DNA from: Chloroflexota bacterium
GTDB lineage: Bacteria > Chloroflexota > Limnocylindria > Limnocylindrales > CSP1-4
DNA: 64,000 nucleotides
Assembly: GCA_025935925.1 (NCBI GenBank)
Contig: JAICUI010000002.1
Location: 17,588 to 81,587, forward strand
Reading direction: 5' to 3'
A model generated the notes under the pieces. That model saw only the letters and a program-made list of their open reading frames with translations, was not told the DNA's origin and did no database searches. Below are positions 20,886-29,790 of this stretch, one piece after another. The position numbers and the translations under genes are program-made. Numbering within the stretch: the stretch's first letter is position 1; each line of letters begins with the position of its first letter.

Positions 20886-21715
20886 TCGAGCAGGAGGTCC
20901 GGCGACTCGCCGACCGACGCGAACCCCAGCCGGTCATACAGCCGGAGCGCGGCCTCGTTGCCCGAGAACACGCCGAGGTACGCGGAGCCGGGCGTCAGCC
21001 GCCGCCCGCCGGCCGTGAGGACGTGGCGCGTCGCGAGGCCCGCGAGCGCCCGCCCGCGGAACGCCGTCCGGGTCCCGACCGACGAGACGTACGTGAGGCC
21101 GTCGAACGTCGTCGCCTTCGCCGCCGCCGCGGGCTCGCCGTCCACCCGCACGAGCGCGAGCGCGATGCGCGGGTCGTCGAGCGTCATCCGCAGGTCGGCC
21201 GCGAGGGACGACACGCGGCCCGGCAGCGCCCCGAACGACTCGGCGAGCACGAGGGCGATGTCGTCGGCGTCGGCGTGTCGCGCCTCGGCGCGTGACCGGA
21301 TCGCCACGACCGATACGCCCGGCGACAGCTCCGCCGGGTCGAGGGCGGCGCACCGGGCCGGCTCCTCGAGCAGCATCAGGTGTCCCCCGCCGACGTCGTG
21401 GAACCCGTGCGCGACGAGCCGGTCGACGAGGTCGTGGGGCGACGCGTGCGCGGGCGACGGCCAGACGTGCGGCAGCCGGCCGACCGATGCGAAGAACGCC
21501 AGTGCCCGCGTGAGGGCGTGGTCGAACCCGGCGTCGTCCTCCGGCCAGCGCACCGCCTGGAGGCGGTTCCAGAACGGCTCGGCGTCGACCGGGTCGACGA
21601 GCGCGACGGCGTCGCCGAGCTCGCGAACGCGGCGGCTCGGGATCGCGTGCGCGTTCACCTCGTGCCGCTCGAGCGCGAGCATGGTCGCGTCGTCGACGTC
21701 GACATGGCGGGTCAC
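20882..21715 (-). CDS. GNAT-family acetyltransferase (two-lobed, mycothiol-synthase-like size)
   Basis: The C-terminal lobe has a GNAT core (SSVGTRTAFRGRALAGLATRHV ... NEAALRLYDRLGF). 277 aa. Confidence 0.65.
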   Translation of the reverse strand: MTRHVDVDDATMLALERHEVNAHAIPSRRVRELGDAVALVDPVDAEPFWNRLQAVRWPEDDAGFDHALTRALAFFASVGRLPHVWPSPAHASPHDLVDRLVAHGFHDVGGGHLMLLEEPARCAALDPAELSPGVSVVAIRSRAEARHADADDIALVLAESFGALPGRVSSLAADLRMTLDDPRIALALVRVDGEPAAAAKATTFDGLTYVSSVGTRTAFRGRALAGLATRHVLTAGGRRLTPGSAYLGVFSGNEAALRLYDRLGFASVGESPDLLLE

Positions 21716-21758
21716 GCGGCCACCATAGCCCGGCGCCGGCGGCGCGTCCGAACGGGAC

Positions 21759-22784
21759 CTAGCCGCGTGCGACGATCGCCGTGGCGCCCGACGGCAGGTC
21801 GATCAGCTGCGGCGTCGCGACCCCGGCCCCCTCGAACCAGCCGAGCGCCTCGGACCGCGTGACCAGGGACGTCCCGCTGACGAGCTCGTCGAGCTCCATC
21901 CCCGCGAGGAGCTCCGAGTGGCGGGTCACGAGCTCGTCCGGATCGGTGGGCAGGTACCAGTCCAGCGCCACCAGCCAGCCGCCAGGGCGGAGGGTGGCGA
22001 TGCCCGACCGGAGGGCCGCGACGGGGTCCGCGAGCTGGTGCAGCGCGTACTGGAAGTAGGCGAGCGTGAACTCGCCGGGGTGACCGAGCGAGGTGACGTC
22101 GCCGGGCTCGACGCGGATCCGGTCGCCGAGGCCCGCGGCGTCGACGGCGGACCGGGCACGCGCCACGGAGTCGGGCTCGAACTCGACGCCGTCCAGGATC
22201 GTTCCGGGAAACCGGCGCGCCAGCGCGATGAGCCAGCGGCCGCCGCCGCAGTGCACGTCGAGGATCCGCGACCCCGGCACGAGGTCCGCGACCAGCTGCG
22301 GGATCGCGGGCAGCACCTCCTGGAAGAAGACGGCGATGTCCTGGACCGTCAGGCGCTCGATCGCGACCCGGTAGCGGTCCGGCCGGGTTGCCGCGGGCGA
22401 GCCGTCGCGGAACACCGCCGGCAGCTCGCCGAAATCGAGGCTCCCCGTGGCCGCGAACTGGAACTGCCCGCCGAGGTGCTCGGGCCGGTCCGGGTCGAGC
22501 AGGATCGCGGCGACGTCCTCGGGCAGCGCGACTCGATCGTCGGCGAGAACGACGAGCTCGTGCGCCGCGGCGCCCCACGCCCAGCGAGCGACCATGCCGG
22601 GCGCGAGGTTCGTCCTGTTGGCGAGATCCCCGACGGACACGCCACCGGTCCCGGCCTCGCGCAGCGCCGCCAGCAGGCCGAGGTCGAGGCCCAGCGCGAC
22701 GAACCACGTCCGGTAGAAGCCGGCGAGGCTGCCGACGAGGTCCTCGAAGCGGTCGTCAAGACGCATGGGACGGCATTGTGGCAT
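21759..22784 (-). CDS. class I SAM-dependent methyltransferase with N-terminal winged-helix/dimerisation domain (O-methyltransferase-like)
   Basis: SAM motif I RILDVHCGGGRW, with an N-terminal wHTH-like segment (GGVSVGDLANRTNLAPGMVARW). Confidence 0.8.
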   Translation of the reverse strand: MPQCRPMRLDDRFEDLVGSLAGFYRTWFVALGLDLGLLAALREAGTGGVSVGDLANRTNLAPGMVARWAWGAAAHELVVLADDRVALPEDVAAILLDPDRPEHLGGQFQFAATGSLDFGELPAVFRDGSPAATRPDRYRVAIERLTVQDIAVFFQEVLPAIPQLVADLVPGSRILDVHCGGGRWLIALARRFPGTILDGVEFEPDSVARARSAVDAAGLGDRIRVEPGDVTSLGHPGEFTLAYFQYALHQLADPVAALRSGIATLRPGGWLVALDWYLPTDPDELVTRHSELLAGMELDELVSGTSLVTRSEALGWFEGAGVATPQLIDLPSGATAIVARG

Positions 22785-22891
22785 GTGGCGCGATCGGGAT
22801 TAACGTGCTATTCCTGAGTAACATGTAGAGGCTCGGACGTGCTAGCATCGGGCTCGCGACCGCGCCGTCGACACACCGGAGCCGCACCGCC

Positions 22892-24982
22892 ATGCGCATG
22901 CTCGCGCGACCCATCGGACTCGGACTCGCCGCTCGCGGCGACGTGGATGAGGTGACGGGCTGGGCTCGCCGGGCGCGCGACCAGGGCCTGGATTCGATCT
23001 GGATCCACGACAGCTACTTCGAGCGCGACGGCGTCTCGTTCACGACGGCCATCGCCCAGGCGATCGCCGAGGACGACGACGGCGACGAGGCGGGCTTCCG
23101 GGTCGCGCTCGGCGCCGCGAACCCCTTCACCCGCCATCCCGTCGTCCTCGCGATGACGGGCTCGGCGCTCGACGAGATCCTGCCCGGGCGGATCGTGATG
23201 GGCATCGGGACGGGTCTCCCGCTGCGGCTCAAGCAGATGGGCATCCCGTACGAGCCGGACGCGGCCGTCGAGGGCGTCTCCAGGGCCATGGACGACATCC
23301 GCGCGCTGTGGGCGGGCGAGCGCCTCCCGTCGGCGACGCCGGGACTCCCCCCGATCCAGCCCATGTTCCCGCCACCGCATCGCATCCCGCTCGTGATCGC
23401 CGCGTACCGCCGGGCGTTCGTCGAGCTCGCGGGGCAGAAGGCCGACGGCTATCTCGCGCGGCCGGCCGAGTCGATCCCGTCGCTGCGCGGGATCCTGGAG
23501 CGCCTCCGCGCGTCCGCGACCGCCGCCGGCCGGGACCCGCTGGCGATCGAGACGGCGGGCTATCTCCTGTCCCTCGTCGACAAGTCGCGGCGCGAGGCGC
23601 TCAACCGCGCCAAGCGCGAGCCGTTCGTGATCTACATGATGTCCGTCCTGTCGGACGTGTCCCTCCGGCGCGCGGGGTTCGACCAGGAGCTGCGCGATCG
23701 GATCGCGGCGGCCTGGCGGGCCGAGGACTACACCACCGCCGGCAACCTGATCCCGGACGAGCTCCTCGACGCGTTCATGCTGTGCGGCACGCGCGACGAG
23801 GTGGCGGCCGGCGCGATGGCGTTCCACGCGGGCGCCGGGCTCGGGCTGCCGCTCCTCCAGCCGGTCCTCCAGGAGGACCGCCAGGTCGACGAGCTGGTCG
23901 CCGCCGCCGCGCTGTACGCGGACCTCCCCGAGCCCGTGGCGGCGGTCGCGGCCGACACGCGCGCGATCCCGGTCGCGCCGACGTCCGCGGACGTCGGCGG
24001 CGCGGCCATGGCCGAACCGGCGCCGACGGACGCCCCGAGCCTCGCCGGTGACCGGCGCCTCGGCACGCGCGAGCGAGCCCGCCGCCGCGCAGGCGCCGTG
24101 TGGGAGATCCTGCGCCCGTTCTCGTTCACCGCATCGGGCATCCCGGTCATCGCGGGTGGCGCGCTGGCCTGGGTCGACGGCGCCTTCGCCTGGATCCCGT
24201 TCCTCGCCGCCCTCGCCGCGGCGATCCTGCTCCACGCCGGGACGAACATCGTCAACGAGGTCTACGACGTCCGGAAGGGCATCGACTCGATCACCAGCCC
24301 GCGGGCCAGCCACGCGATCGTCAAGGGGCGCATGACCGAGCGCGCGGCCCTGCTGAGCGCCGGCACGGCGTTCGGGCTCGCGATCGCGTTCGGGCTCGGG
24401 CTCACGCTCCTGCGCGGGCCGGCGATCCTCGGGCTCGGGGCGATCGGCCTCGTGCTCGGCTGGGGCTATACGGCGCCGCCCCTCGAGTACAAGAACCGCG
24501 CGCTGGGCATCCCGATCGTGTTCCTGCTGATGGGCCCGCTGATGGTGGTCGGCGGCTACTTCGCGGCGAGCGGCGCGTGGTCCTCCACCGCCTTCTGGCT
24601 GTCGGTGCCGATCGGCCTGCTCACGGCGGCGATCCTCCACGGCAACGAGTGGCGCGACATCCGCGAGGACACGCGAGCGGGGATCTCGACGCTGTCAGCG
24701 CGCATCGGCCGGCGATGGGCCCACTACGGCTACGTGGCGCTCGTCCTCGGCGCGTACATGGTGCTGGCGCTCACGGTCATCGCCGACGTGCTGCCGCCGG
24801 CCGTCATGCTCGTCGTGTTCTCGCTCCCATGGCTCGCGCAGGTCATCCGCTCCGCGGAGCTCGGGGCGACCGGCCAGGCGCGCGCGATCGCGATGATCGA
24901 CCTCCAGACCGCGCGGCTCCACCTGGCGTTCGGGACCCTCCTCGTCGTCGGGCTCGTCGCCTCGAAGGCGCTCGGTGCCTGA
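22892..24982 (+). CDS. fusion protein: luciferase-like (LLM) flavin/F420-type oxidoreductase + UbiA-family prenyltransferase
   Basis: Single uninterrupted 696-aa frame. The N-terminal ~340 aa are LLM-like (GLDSIWIHDSYFERD ... MGIGTG ... ADGYLARP). A Pro/Ala linker follows. The C-terminal ~300 aa have about 8 TM helices and UbiA motifs NIVNEVYDVRKGID and HGNEWRDIREDTRAG. Confidence 0.8.
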   Translation: MRMLARPIGLGLAARGDVDEVTGWARRARDQGLDSIWIHDSYFERDGVSFTTAIAQAIAEDDDGDEAGFRVALGAANPFTRHPVVLAMTGSALDEILPGRIVMGIGTGLPLRLKQMGIPYEPDAAVEGVSRAMDDIRALWAGERLPSATPGLPPIQPMFPPPHRIPLVIAAYRRAFVELAGQKADGYLARPAESIPSLRGILERLRASATAAGRDPLAIETAGYLLSLVDKSRREALNRAKREPFVIYMMSVLSDVSLRRAGFDQELRDRIAAAWRAEDYTTAGNLIPDELLDAFMLCGTRDEVAAGAMAFHAGAGLGLPLLQPVLQEDRQVDELVAAAALYADLPEPVAAVAADTRAIPVAPTSADVGGAAMAEPAPTDAPSLAGDRRLGTRERARRRAGAVWEILRPFSFTASGIPVIAGGALAWVDGAFAWIPFLAALAAAILLHAGTNIVNEVYDVRKGIDSITSPRASHAIVKGRMTERAALLSAGTAFGLAIAFGLGLTLLRGPAILGLGAIGLVLGWGYTAPPLEYKNRALGIPIVFLLMGPLMVVGGYFAASGAWSSTAFWLSVPIGLLTAAILHGNEWRDIREDTRAGISTLSARIGRRWAHYGYVALVLGAYMVLALTVIADVLPPAVMLVVFSLPWLAQVIRSAELGATGQARAIAMIDLQTARLHLAFGTLLVVGLVASKALGA

Positions 24983-25622
24983 GCGCGAGGTCGCGCCCGG
25001 GGCGCTCGCCGTCGGGCTCGTCGCGGCCCAGTCGGCGTTCGCGGCGACGTTCCGCGGCCCGCGGGCACGGTTCTGGCAGCGGATGACGCTCACGGGCCTC
25101 GGCCTCGGGACCCTCGCGCTCGCGACGAGCCGGCCCGCGCGCCGCACGCGCATCGGGCCGCGGGAGCTCGCGCTGGGCCTCGCGTCGGCCGGGACGCTGT
25201 ACGTCACCTTCCAGGTCGGCGACCGGTTCGCGCGTCGGTTCGTGCCCGGCGGCGACGCCCAGATCCGCGACATCTACACGCTCCGGACGATCCGGCCGCG
25301 CGAGGAGATCGCGCTCCGGCTGGGGACCGTCATCGGGCCGGCCGAGGAGCTGTTCTGGCGCGGCCTCGTCCAGGCCGCGCTCATGGAGCGCTACGGGCGC
25401 TGGCCGGGCGCGGCGATGGCGGCGATGGCCTACGGCGGCGTCCACATCGTGACCGGCAACTTCACGCTGTTCGGCGCCGCGGGGATCGCGGGCGCGCACT
25501 GGTGCGCGCTGTACGCGGCCGGCATGCCGCTCGGCGCGCTGATCGTCAGCCACGTCGCGTGGGACGTCTGGATCTTCCTGGTCCAGCCCACGGGTGAGAT
25601 CACGCCGCTCGCGCGGGCCTGA
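24975..25622 (+). CDS. CPBP-family intramembrane glutamic endopeptidase (CAAX protease-like)
   Basis: Motifs EELFWRG, FGAAGIAGAH and SHVAWD on a polytopic scaffold. The GTG start overlaps the end of the upstream fusion gene by 8 nt. Confidence 0.8.
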   Translation: MPEREVAPGALAVGLVAAQSAFAATFRGPRARFWQRMTLTGLGLGTLALATSRPARRTRIGPRELALGLASAGTLYVTFQVGDRFARRFVPGGDAQIRDIYTLRTIRPREEIALRLGTVIGPAEELFWRGLVQAALMERYGRWPGAAMAAMAYGGVHIVTGNFTLFGAAGIAGAHWCALYAAGMPLGALIVSHVAWDVWIFLVQPTGEITPLARA

Positions 25623-25623
25623 T

Positions 25624-25649
25624 GCAACCGGCGGGACCGGTGACGGGTT
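25624..25649 (+). promoter_or_regulatory. weak candidate ECF-type promoter (GCAAC-N18-GTT)
   Basis: GCAAC at 25624-25628 and GTT at 25647-25649, separated by 18 nt, just upstream of the sigma gene. It resembles the GGAAC-N17/18-GTT ECF pattern. The distance to the ATG is very short, so this is speculative. Confidence 0.25.
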
Positions 25650-25659
25650 CCGGAGGGTG

Positions 25660-26238
25660 ATGGACGACACCGAGCTGGTCCTGCGTCTCGCGCACGACCT
25701 CGACGGCAGCTTCGAGGCGCTCGTGCGCGCGCACGTCGACCGCTGCCACACGATCGCCCTCCGGGTCACCGGCAACCCCCACGACGCGGAGGAGATCGTG
25801 CAGGACGCCCTCGTTCGCGCCTATCGGGCGCTCGCGACGTACGAGCCGGACCGCATCCGCGAGCTGCGCCTCCGGCCCTGGCTCGCGACGATCGTCCTGA
25901 ACCTGTGCCGCAACCGGGCACGCACCCGGACGGTGCCCTCGACACCGATGGCGCCGCTCGTGGACGCCGGCTGGGAACCGCCCGCCGACGGCACGACCGA
26001 CCCGGCGAGCCTCGCGCTCGAGGGCGCCGAGCGCGACCGCCTCGCCGCGCACCTCGCCGCGCTCCCCGACCGCTACCGCATCCCCGTCGTCCTCCGCCAT
26101 GTCGACGACCTGTCGTACGCCGAGCTGGCGCAGGTCCTCGGCCGGCCGGAGGGGACCCTCAAGGCCCAGGTCCATCGCGGGCTCGCCATGTTGCGCGCCT
26201 CGATGGCCGGCACCGAGCTCGAGGAGCTGACCGCATGA
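25660..26238 (+). CDS. ECF (sigma-70 family group IV) RNA polymerase sigma factor
   Basis: Region 2 DAEEIVQDALVRAYRAL and region 4 YRIPVVLRHVDDLSYAELAQVLGRPEGTLKAQVHRGLAMLR. ATG 25660 is preceded by GGAGG. Confidence 0.85.
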   Translation: MDDTELVLRLAHDLDGSFEALVRAHVDRCHTIALRVTGNPHDAEEIVQDALVRAYRALATYEPDRIRELRLRPWLATIVLNLCRNRARTRTVPSTPMAPLVDAGWEPPADGTTDPASLALEGAERDRLAAHLAALPDRYRIPVVLRHVDDLSYAELAQVLGRPEGTLKAQVHRGLAMLRASMAGTELEELTA

Positions 26239-27053
26239 ACCGCCACGCCACCCTGGGCACCGGCCACGAGGACGAGGCGCCCGGCGCGCTCGCTGTCCTC
26301 GCGGCTCCGGCGCCGTCGCACCTTGCGGACGACGTCCTCGTCGAGGTCGGCCTCGTCGACCGGATGGCGCCCGTCGCCTCGCCGCTGGGCACGCTGTGGG
26401 TCGCGTGGAACGGGCGCGGGATCTCGGAGGTCGAGCAGGCCACGGACGGCGCCGAGGCGGCCGCGCGCCACGAGGCGCGCTCGGGACGCCGGACGGTGCT
26501 CGCGGACGCCCTCCCGGATCGGCTCGCGGACGCGGTCGCCCGCCGCCTCGCCGGGGAGCGGCGGGTGCGGATCCCGCTCGACCTGCGCGGCCGCACGGAG
26601 TTCGAGGTGGCGGTCTGGACCAAGGCGCTGGAGATCCCGGCCGGCGAGGTCCGACCCTATGGCTGGATCGCCGCGGAGATCGGCCGGCCGAAGGCGGTCC
26701 GTGCCGTCGGCACCGCGCTCGGGCACAACCCCGTGCCGCTCATCGTCCCGTGCCACCGCGTCGTCCGCACCGACGGGACCATCGGCCAGTACAGCCTCGG
26801 CGGGCCGCACAACAAGCGGACGATCCTGTCCGCGGAGGGCCTCGATCCGGACGCCATGGAGACGGCGGCGCGCCGCGGCGAGCGGCTGTCCGGGAGCACG
26901 ACGACCCGCATCGTCTGCTGGCCGACGTGCCGCCACGCGAAGCGGGTCCAGGACCGGTACAGGGTCTCGTTCCGCTCGCTCCGCGAGGCGCGGTCGCGGG
27001 GCTACCGGCCGTGCAAGATCTGCCGCCCCGTCGCGGTGGAGCCGGCCGCGTAG
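26235..27053 (+). CDS. methylated-DNA-protein-cysteine methyltransferase (Ogt-like) fused to a C-terminal Ada-type Cys4 zinc domain
   Basis: MGMT N-domain pattern SPLGTLWVAWNGRGISEV and active site IVPCHRVV. The C-terminal CWPTC-x27-CKIC with RPCKICRP closely resembles the Ada N-terminal zinc domain (CRPSC ... RPCKRCQP). ATG 26235 overlaps the sigma gene stop (ATGA). Confidence 0.85.
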   Translation: MNRHATLGTGHEDEAPGALAVLAAPAPSHLADDVLVEVGLVDRMAPVASPLGTLWVAWNGRGISEVEQATDGAEAAARHEARSGRRTVLADALPDRLADAVARRLAGERRVRIPLDLRGRTEFEVAVWTKALEIPAGEVRPYGWIAAEIGRPKAVRAVGTALGHNPVPLIVPCHRVVRTDGTIGQYSLGGPHNKRTILSAEGLDPDAMETAARRGERLSGSTTTRIVCWPTCRHAKRVQDRYRVSFRSLREARSRGYRPCKICRPVAVEPAA

Positions 27054-27155
27054 CCTCCCGCGCGACGATCCGCGACTTGGCCTAGTCCACTAGCACAACG
27101 GGCTCCCAACGCCTACACTGCGCCATCACGTCCGCGCGAGGAGCCCGTCACGGTC

Positions 27156-28157
27156 ATGCGTTCCAAGGCCAGCCCGGTCGCCGTCTGGTCGGCGCTGCTC
27201 GTGCTGTACGTCGTGTGGGGCTCGACCTACCTCGGGATGAAGGTGGCCATCGAGTCGATGCCGCCGTTCGTGATGGGCGTGTTCCGGTTCATCCCGGCGG
27301 GCGCGATCCTGAGCCTGATGGTGATCGTGCGCGATCGGGGCGCCGTCCCCCGGCCGACGCTGCGCCAGGTCGTGGACGCGTCGATCGTCGGGTTGCTGCT
27401 CCTCGTCGGCGGCACCGGCCTGGTCGCCGTCGCGGAGGACACGATCCCGACCGGGATCGCGGCGGTCATGATCGCGCTCGTGCCGATGTGGCTCGCCGTG
27501 CTCGGCTTCGTGTTCTACCGCGAGGCGGTCCGGCCGTTGCTCGCGCTCGGGATCGTGATCGGCATCGCAGGCGTGGCCATCCTCGCCTGGCCCGCGGGCG
27601 GCGCCGGGGACCTCGACCCGTTCGGGCTCGCGATGATCCTCGTCGCGCCGGTCTCGTGGGCGCTCGGCACCCTGTACGCGGCGAAACGGGCGGTGCTGCC
27701 CGGACCGGCGCTCCTGGCGAGCGGCATCGAGATGCTCGCGGCGGGGCTCGCATTCATCGTGGTGGCCGCCGTCATGGGCGAGTGGGCGACGTTCGACGTG
27801 GCGCAGGTGACGCCATCGAGCTGGGCCGGGATCGTGTACCTGGTCTTCGTGGGGAGCCTCGTCGGCTACTCGACCTTCGCCTGGCTGATCACCGTCGCAC
27901 CGCTGGCGCGCGTGTCCACGTACGCGTACGTGAACCCGGTCGTCGCCGTGCTCCTCGGGTTCCTCGTCCTCGGCGAGCCGCTGACGCCGCGCACGCTCGT
28001 CGCGTCGGCGGTGATCGTCGTCGCGGTCGCCATCATCGTGACGACGCGCACGCGCCCGACGCCCGCGCCGGCGGCGCTCGCATCGTCCACGACTGGCCGG
28101 TCCTCGAGCCCGACGCCGGGCTCAAGTGGCGCGCCGGAGCCCGCAACCGTTCGCTGA
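27156..28157 (+). CDS. EamA/DMT-superfamily transporter
   Basis: Ten hydrophobic helices and the characteristic N-terminus ALLVLYVVWGSTYLGMKVAIESMPPF. The C-terminal tail is Pro/Ala/Ser-rich. Confidence 0.85.
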   Translation: MRSKASPVAVWSALLVLYVVWGSTYLGMKVAIESMPPFVMGVFRFIPAGAILSLMVIVRDRGAVPRPTLRQVVDASIVGLLLLVGGTGLVAVAEDTIPTGIAAVMIALVPMWLAVLGFVFYREAVRPLLALGIVIGIAGVAILAWPAGGAGDLDPFGLAMILVAPVSWALGTLYAAKRAVLPGPALLASGIEMLAAGLAFIVVAAVMGEWATFDVAQVTPSSWAGIVYLVFVGSLVGYSTFAWLITVAPLARVSTYAYVNPVVAVLLGFLVLGEPLTPRTLVASAVIVVAVAIIVTTRTRPTPAPAALASSTTGRSSSPTPGSSGAPEPATVR

Positions 28158-28243
28158 CGGCTGCGCCGGCCGATCGGGCGCATGATGGGAGCGACGGCGC
28201 TCGCGCCGTCTGCAGCGCGCTCCCGGCAATCGAGGTACCGATC

Positions 28244-28435
28244 ATGAAGTGGCCGATGCTCGCGCTCGCCGCAGCCGTCGTCGTGCTCCTGCTCGCGGAC
28301 GCCCTGGCGTTCCACGACGTGTTCGAGCCCCACACCGGGCGCGACTGGCTGATGCTGGCCGGCTCGGCGCTCGCGGGCGTCGCCCTGCTCGGCGGCGCCT
28401 TCCGCCGCGCTGGCGAGACGATCCGCCGCGACTGA
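28244..28435 (+). CDS. small two-TM membrane protein (hypothetical)
   Basis: 63-aa ORF MKWPMLALAAAVVVLLLADALAFHD ... LMLAGSALAGVALLGGAF with two clear hydrophobic helices and GC-rich third codon positions. No homology claim. Confidence 0.45.
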   Translation: MKWPMLALAAAVVVLLLADALAFHDVFEPHTGRDWLMLAGSALAGVALLGGAFRRAGETIRRD

Positions 28436-28446
28436 CGCGAGCCCGT

Positions 28447-29652
28447 TCAGCCGGGCCGGCTGAACCCCTGCGCGGGCCACGGCTCGCAGCGGAGCGGACG
28501 GTCCTCGCGATAGCCGAGGGCGTAGTCGGCCTGGATGAGCGTGTGGAGCTGGCTCGTGCCCTCGTAGATGACCGCGGCCTTGGCGTTGCGCAGGTAGCGC
28601 TCGACCGGGAACTCGTTGCTGTACCCGTTGGCGCCGTGGATCTGGATCGCATCGAGCGCCGCCTGGACCGAATGGTCGGTGGCGTGCCACTTCGCGAGGC
28701 TGGTCTCGCGGGTGTTGCGCAGGCCTTGGTTCTTGCGCCAGCCCGCCTGGAACACGAGCAGCCGCCCGATCTCGGTGCCCTTCGCCATGTTGGCGATCAT
28801 CTGCTTGACCAGCTGGTGCCGGCCGATCTCCTCGCCGAACGTCTCGCGCTCGTGCGCGTAGCGCAGGCTCGCGTCGAAGCACGCCTGTGCGAGGCCGACG
28901 GCGCCCGCCGCGACGGTGTACCGGCCCTGGTCGATCGCGCTCATCGCGATCAGGAACCCCTCGCCCTCCTCGCCGACGCGGTTCGCGACCGGTACCCGGA
29001 CGTCCTCGAGGTCGATGAGCCCGGTGTTCCCGGCGCGGATGCCGAGCTTGCCGTGGAGGGTGCCGGTGGTCAGCCCCGGCATCCCGCGCTCGACCACGAA
29101 CGCGGTGATTCCCTTGTGCCGCTTCGACCGGTCGACCGTCGCGAACACCAGGAAGTGGTCCGCGAGGTCGGCGAGGCTGATCCAGATCTTGTGGCCGTTC
29201 AGCACGTACTCGTCGCCATCGCGCCGGGCGGTCGTCTGGAGGTTGGCCGCGTCGGTGCCGACACCGGGCTCGGTCAGCGCGAACGTCGCGACCTTCTCGC
29301 CCTTCGCCTGCGGCACGAGGAACCGCCGGCGCTGGTCCTCGGTCCCCCACTGCAGGAGGGTCAGGCTGTTGAGGCCGACGTGGACCGACTGGACGACGCG
29401 GAACGCGGTGTCGGCCCGCTCGAGCTCCTCGCACAGCAGCGCGAACGAGATGTAGTCCATGCCCAGGCCGCCGTACGACTCGGGGATCGGCGCGCCGAGG
29501 AACCCGAGCTCCGCCATCCTGGCGAAGACCTCGGGATGCGCCTCGCCCCGTTCGTCCCACTCGCGGATGTGGGGCAGGATCTCGGCCTCGACGAAGGCCC
29601 GGGCGGACCGGCGGACGAGCCGGTTCTCGTCGGTCAGGGTGAAGTCGATCAC
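28447..29652 (-). CDS. acyl-CoA dehydrogenase
   Basis: Full-length ACAD pattern: FALTEPGVGTDAANL, YVLNGHKIWISLA, and C-terminal IYEGTSQLHTLIQA containing the catalytic Glu region. Confidence 0.9.
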   Translation of the reverse strand: MIDFTLTDENRLVRRSARAFVEAEILPHIREWDERGEAHPEVFARMAELGFLGAPIPESYGGLGMDYISFALLCEELERADTAFRVVQSVHVGLNSLTLLQWGTEDQRRRFLVPQAKGEKVATFALTEPGVGTDAANLQTTARRDGDEYVLNGHKIWISLADLADHFLVFATVDRSKRHKGITAFVVERGMPGLTTGTLHGKLGIRAGNTGLIDLEDVRVPVANRVGEEGEGFLIAMSAIDQGRYTVAAGAVGLAQACFDASLRYAHERETFGEEIGRHQLVKQMIANMAKGTEIGRLLVFQAGWRKNQGLRNTRETSLAKWHATDHSVQAALDAIQIHGANGYSNEFPVERYLRNAKAAVIYEGTSQLHTLIQADYALGYREDRPLRCEPWPAQGFSRPG

Positions 29653-29790
29653 GGTGCAAGCCTCGGGCGGACCCGGCGCGGGCGGCCGGAACGCGGGTCA
29701 CGGGACGATCGTGCGGCGCGGGCCATCCTACCCGCCCCATTGCGCGAAGGAACGGGCGACGCGCCCGCGACGACCCACCGGAGGACCGCG

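Noticed and set aside
22892-24982. Possibility that the LLM and UbiA parts are two separate genes, with an internal start at the in-frame Met in the linker.
   Set aside because: No stop codon separates them in the given sequence, so the upstream frame necessarily reads through. I keep the fusion call but flag that a sequencing error in the linker would split it.
21759-25622. Methyltransferase + prenyltransferase + CAAX-type protease read as a bacterial analogue of eukaryotic CAAX protein prenylation and processing.
   Set aside because: UbiA-family enzymes prenylate small aromatic or lipid acceptors, not proteins. The methyltransferase is a soluble class I enzyme, not ICMT-like. CPBP proteases are common in bacteria in unrelated contexts. 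The resemblance is probably coincidental.
27082-27093. CTAGT-CC-ACTAG palindrome upstream of the EamA transporter gene, considered as an operator.
   Set aside because: It is a single short (5-2-5) palindrome with no second copy and no adjacent regulator gene. It is noted but too weak to call.
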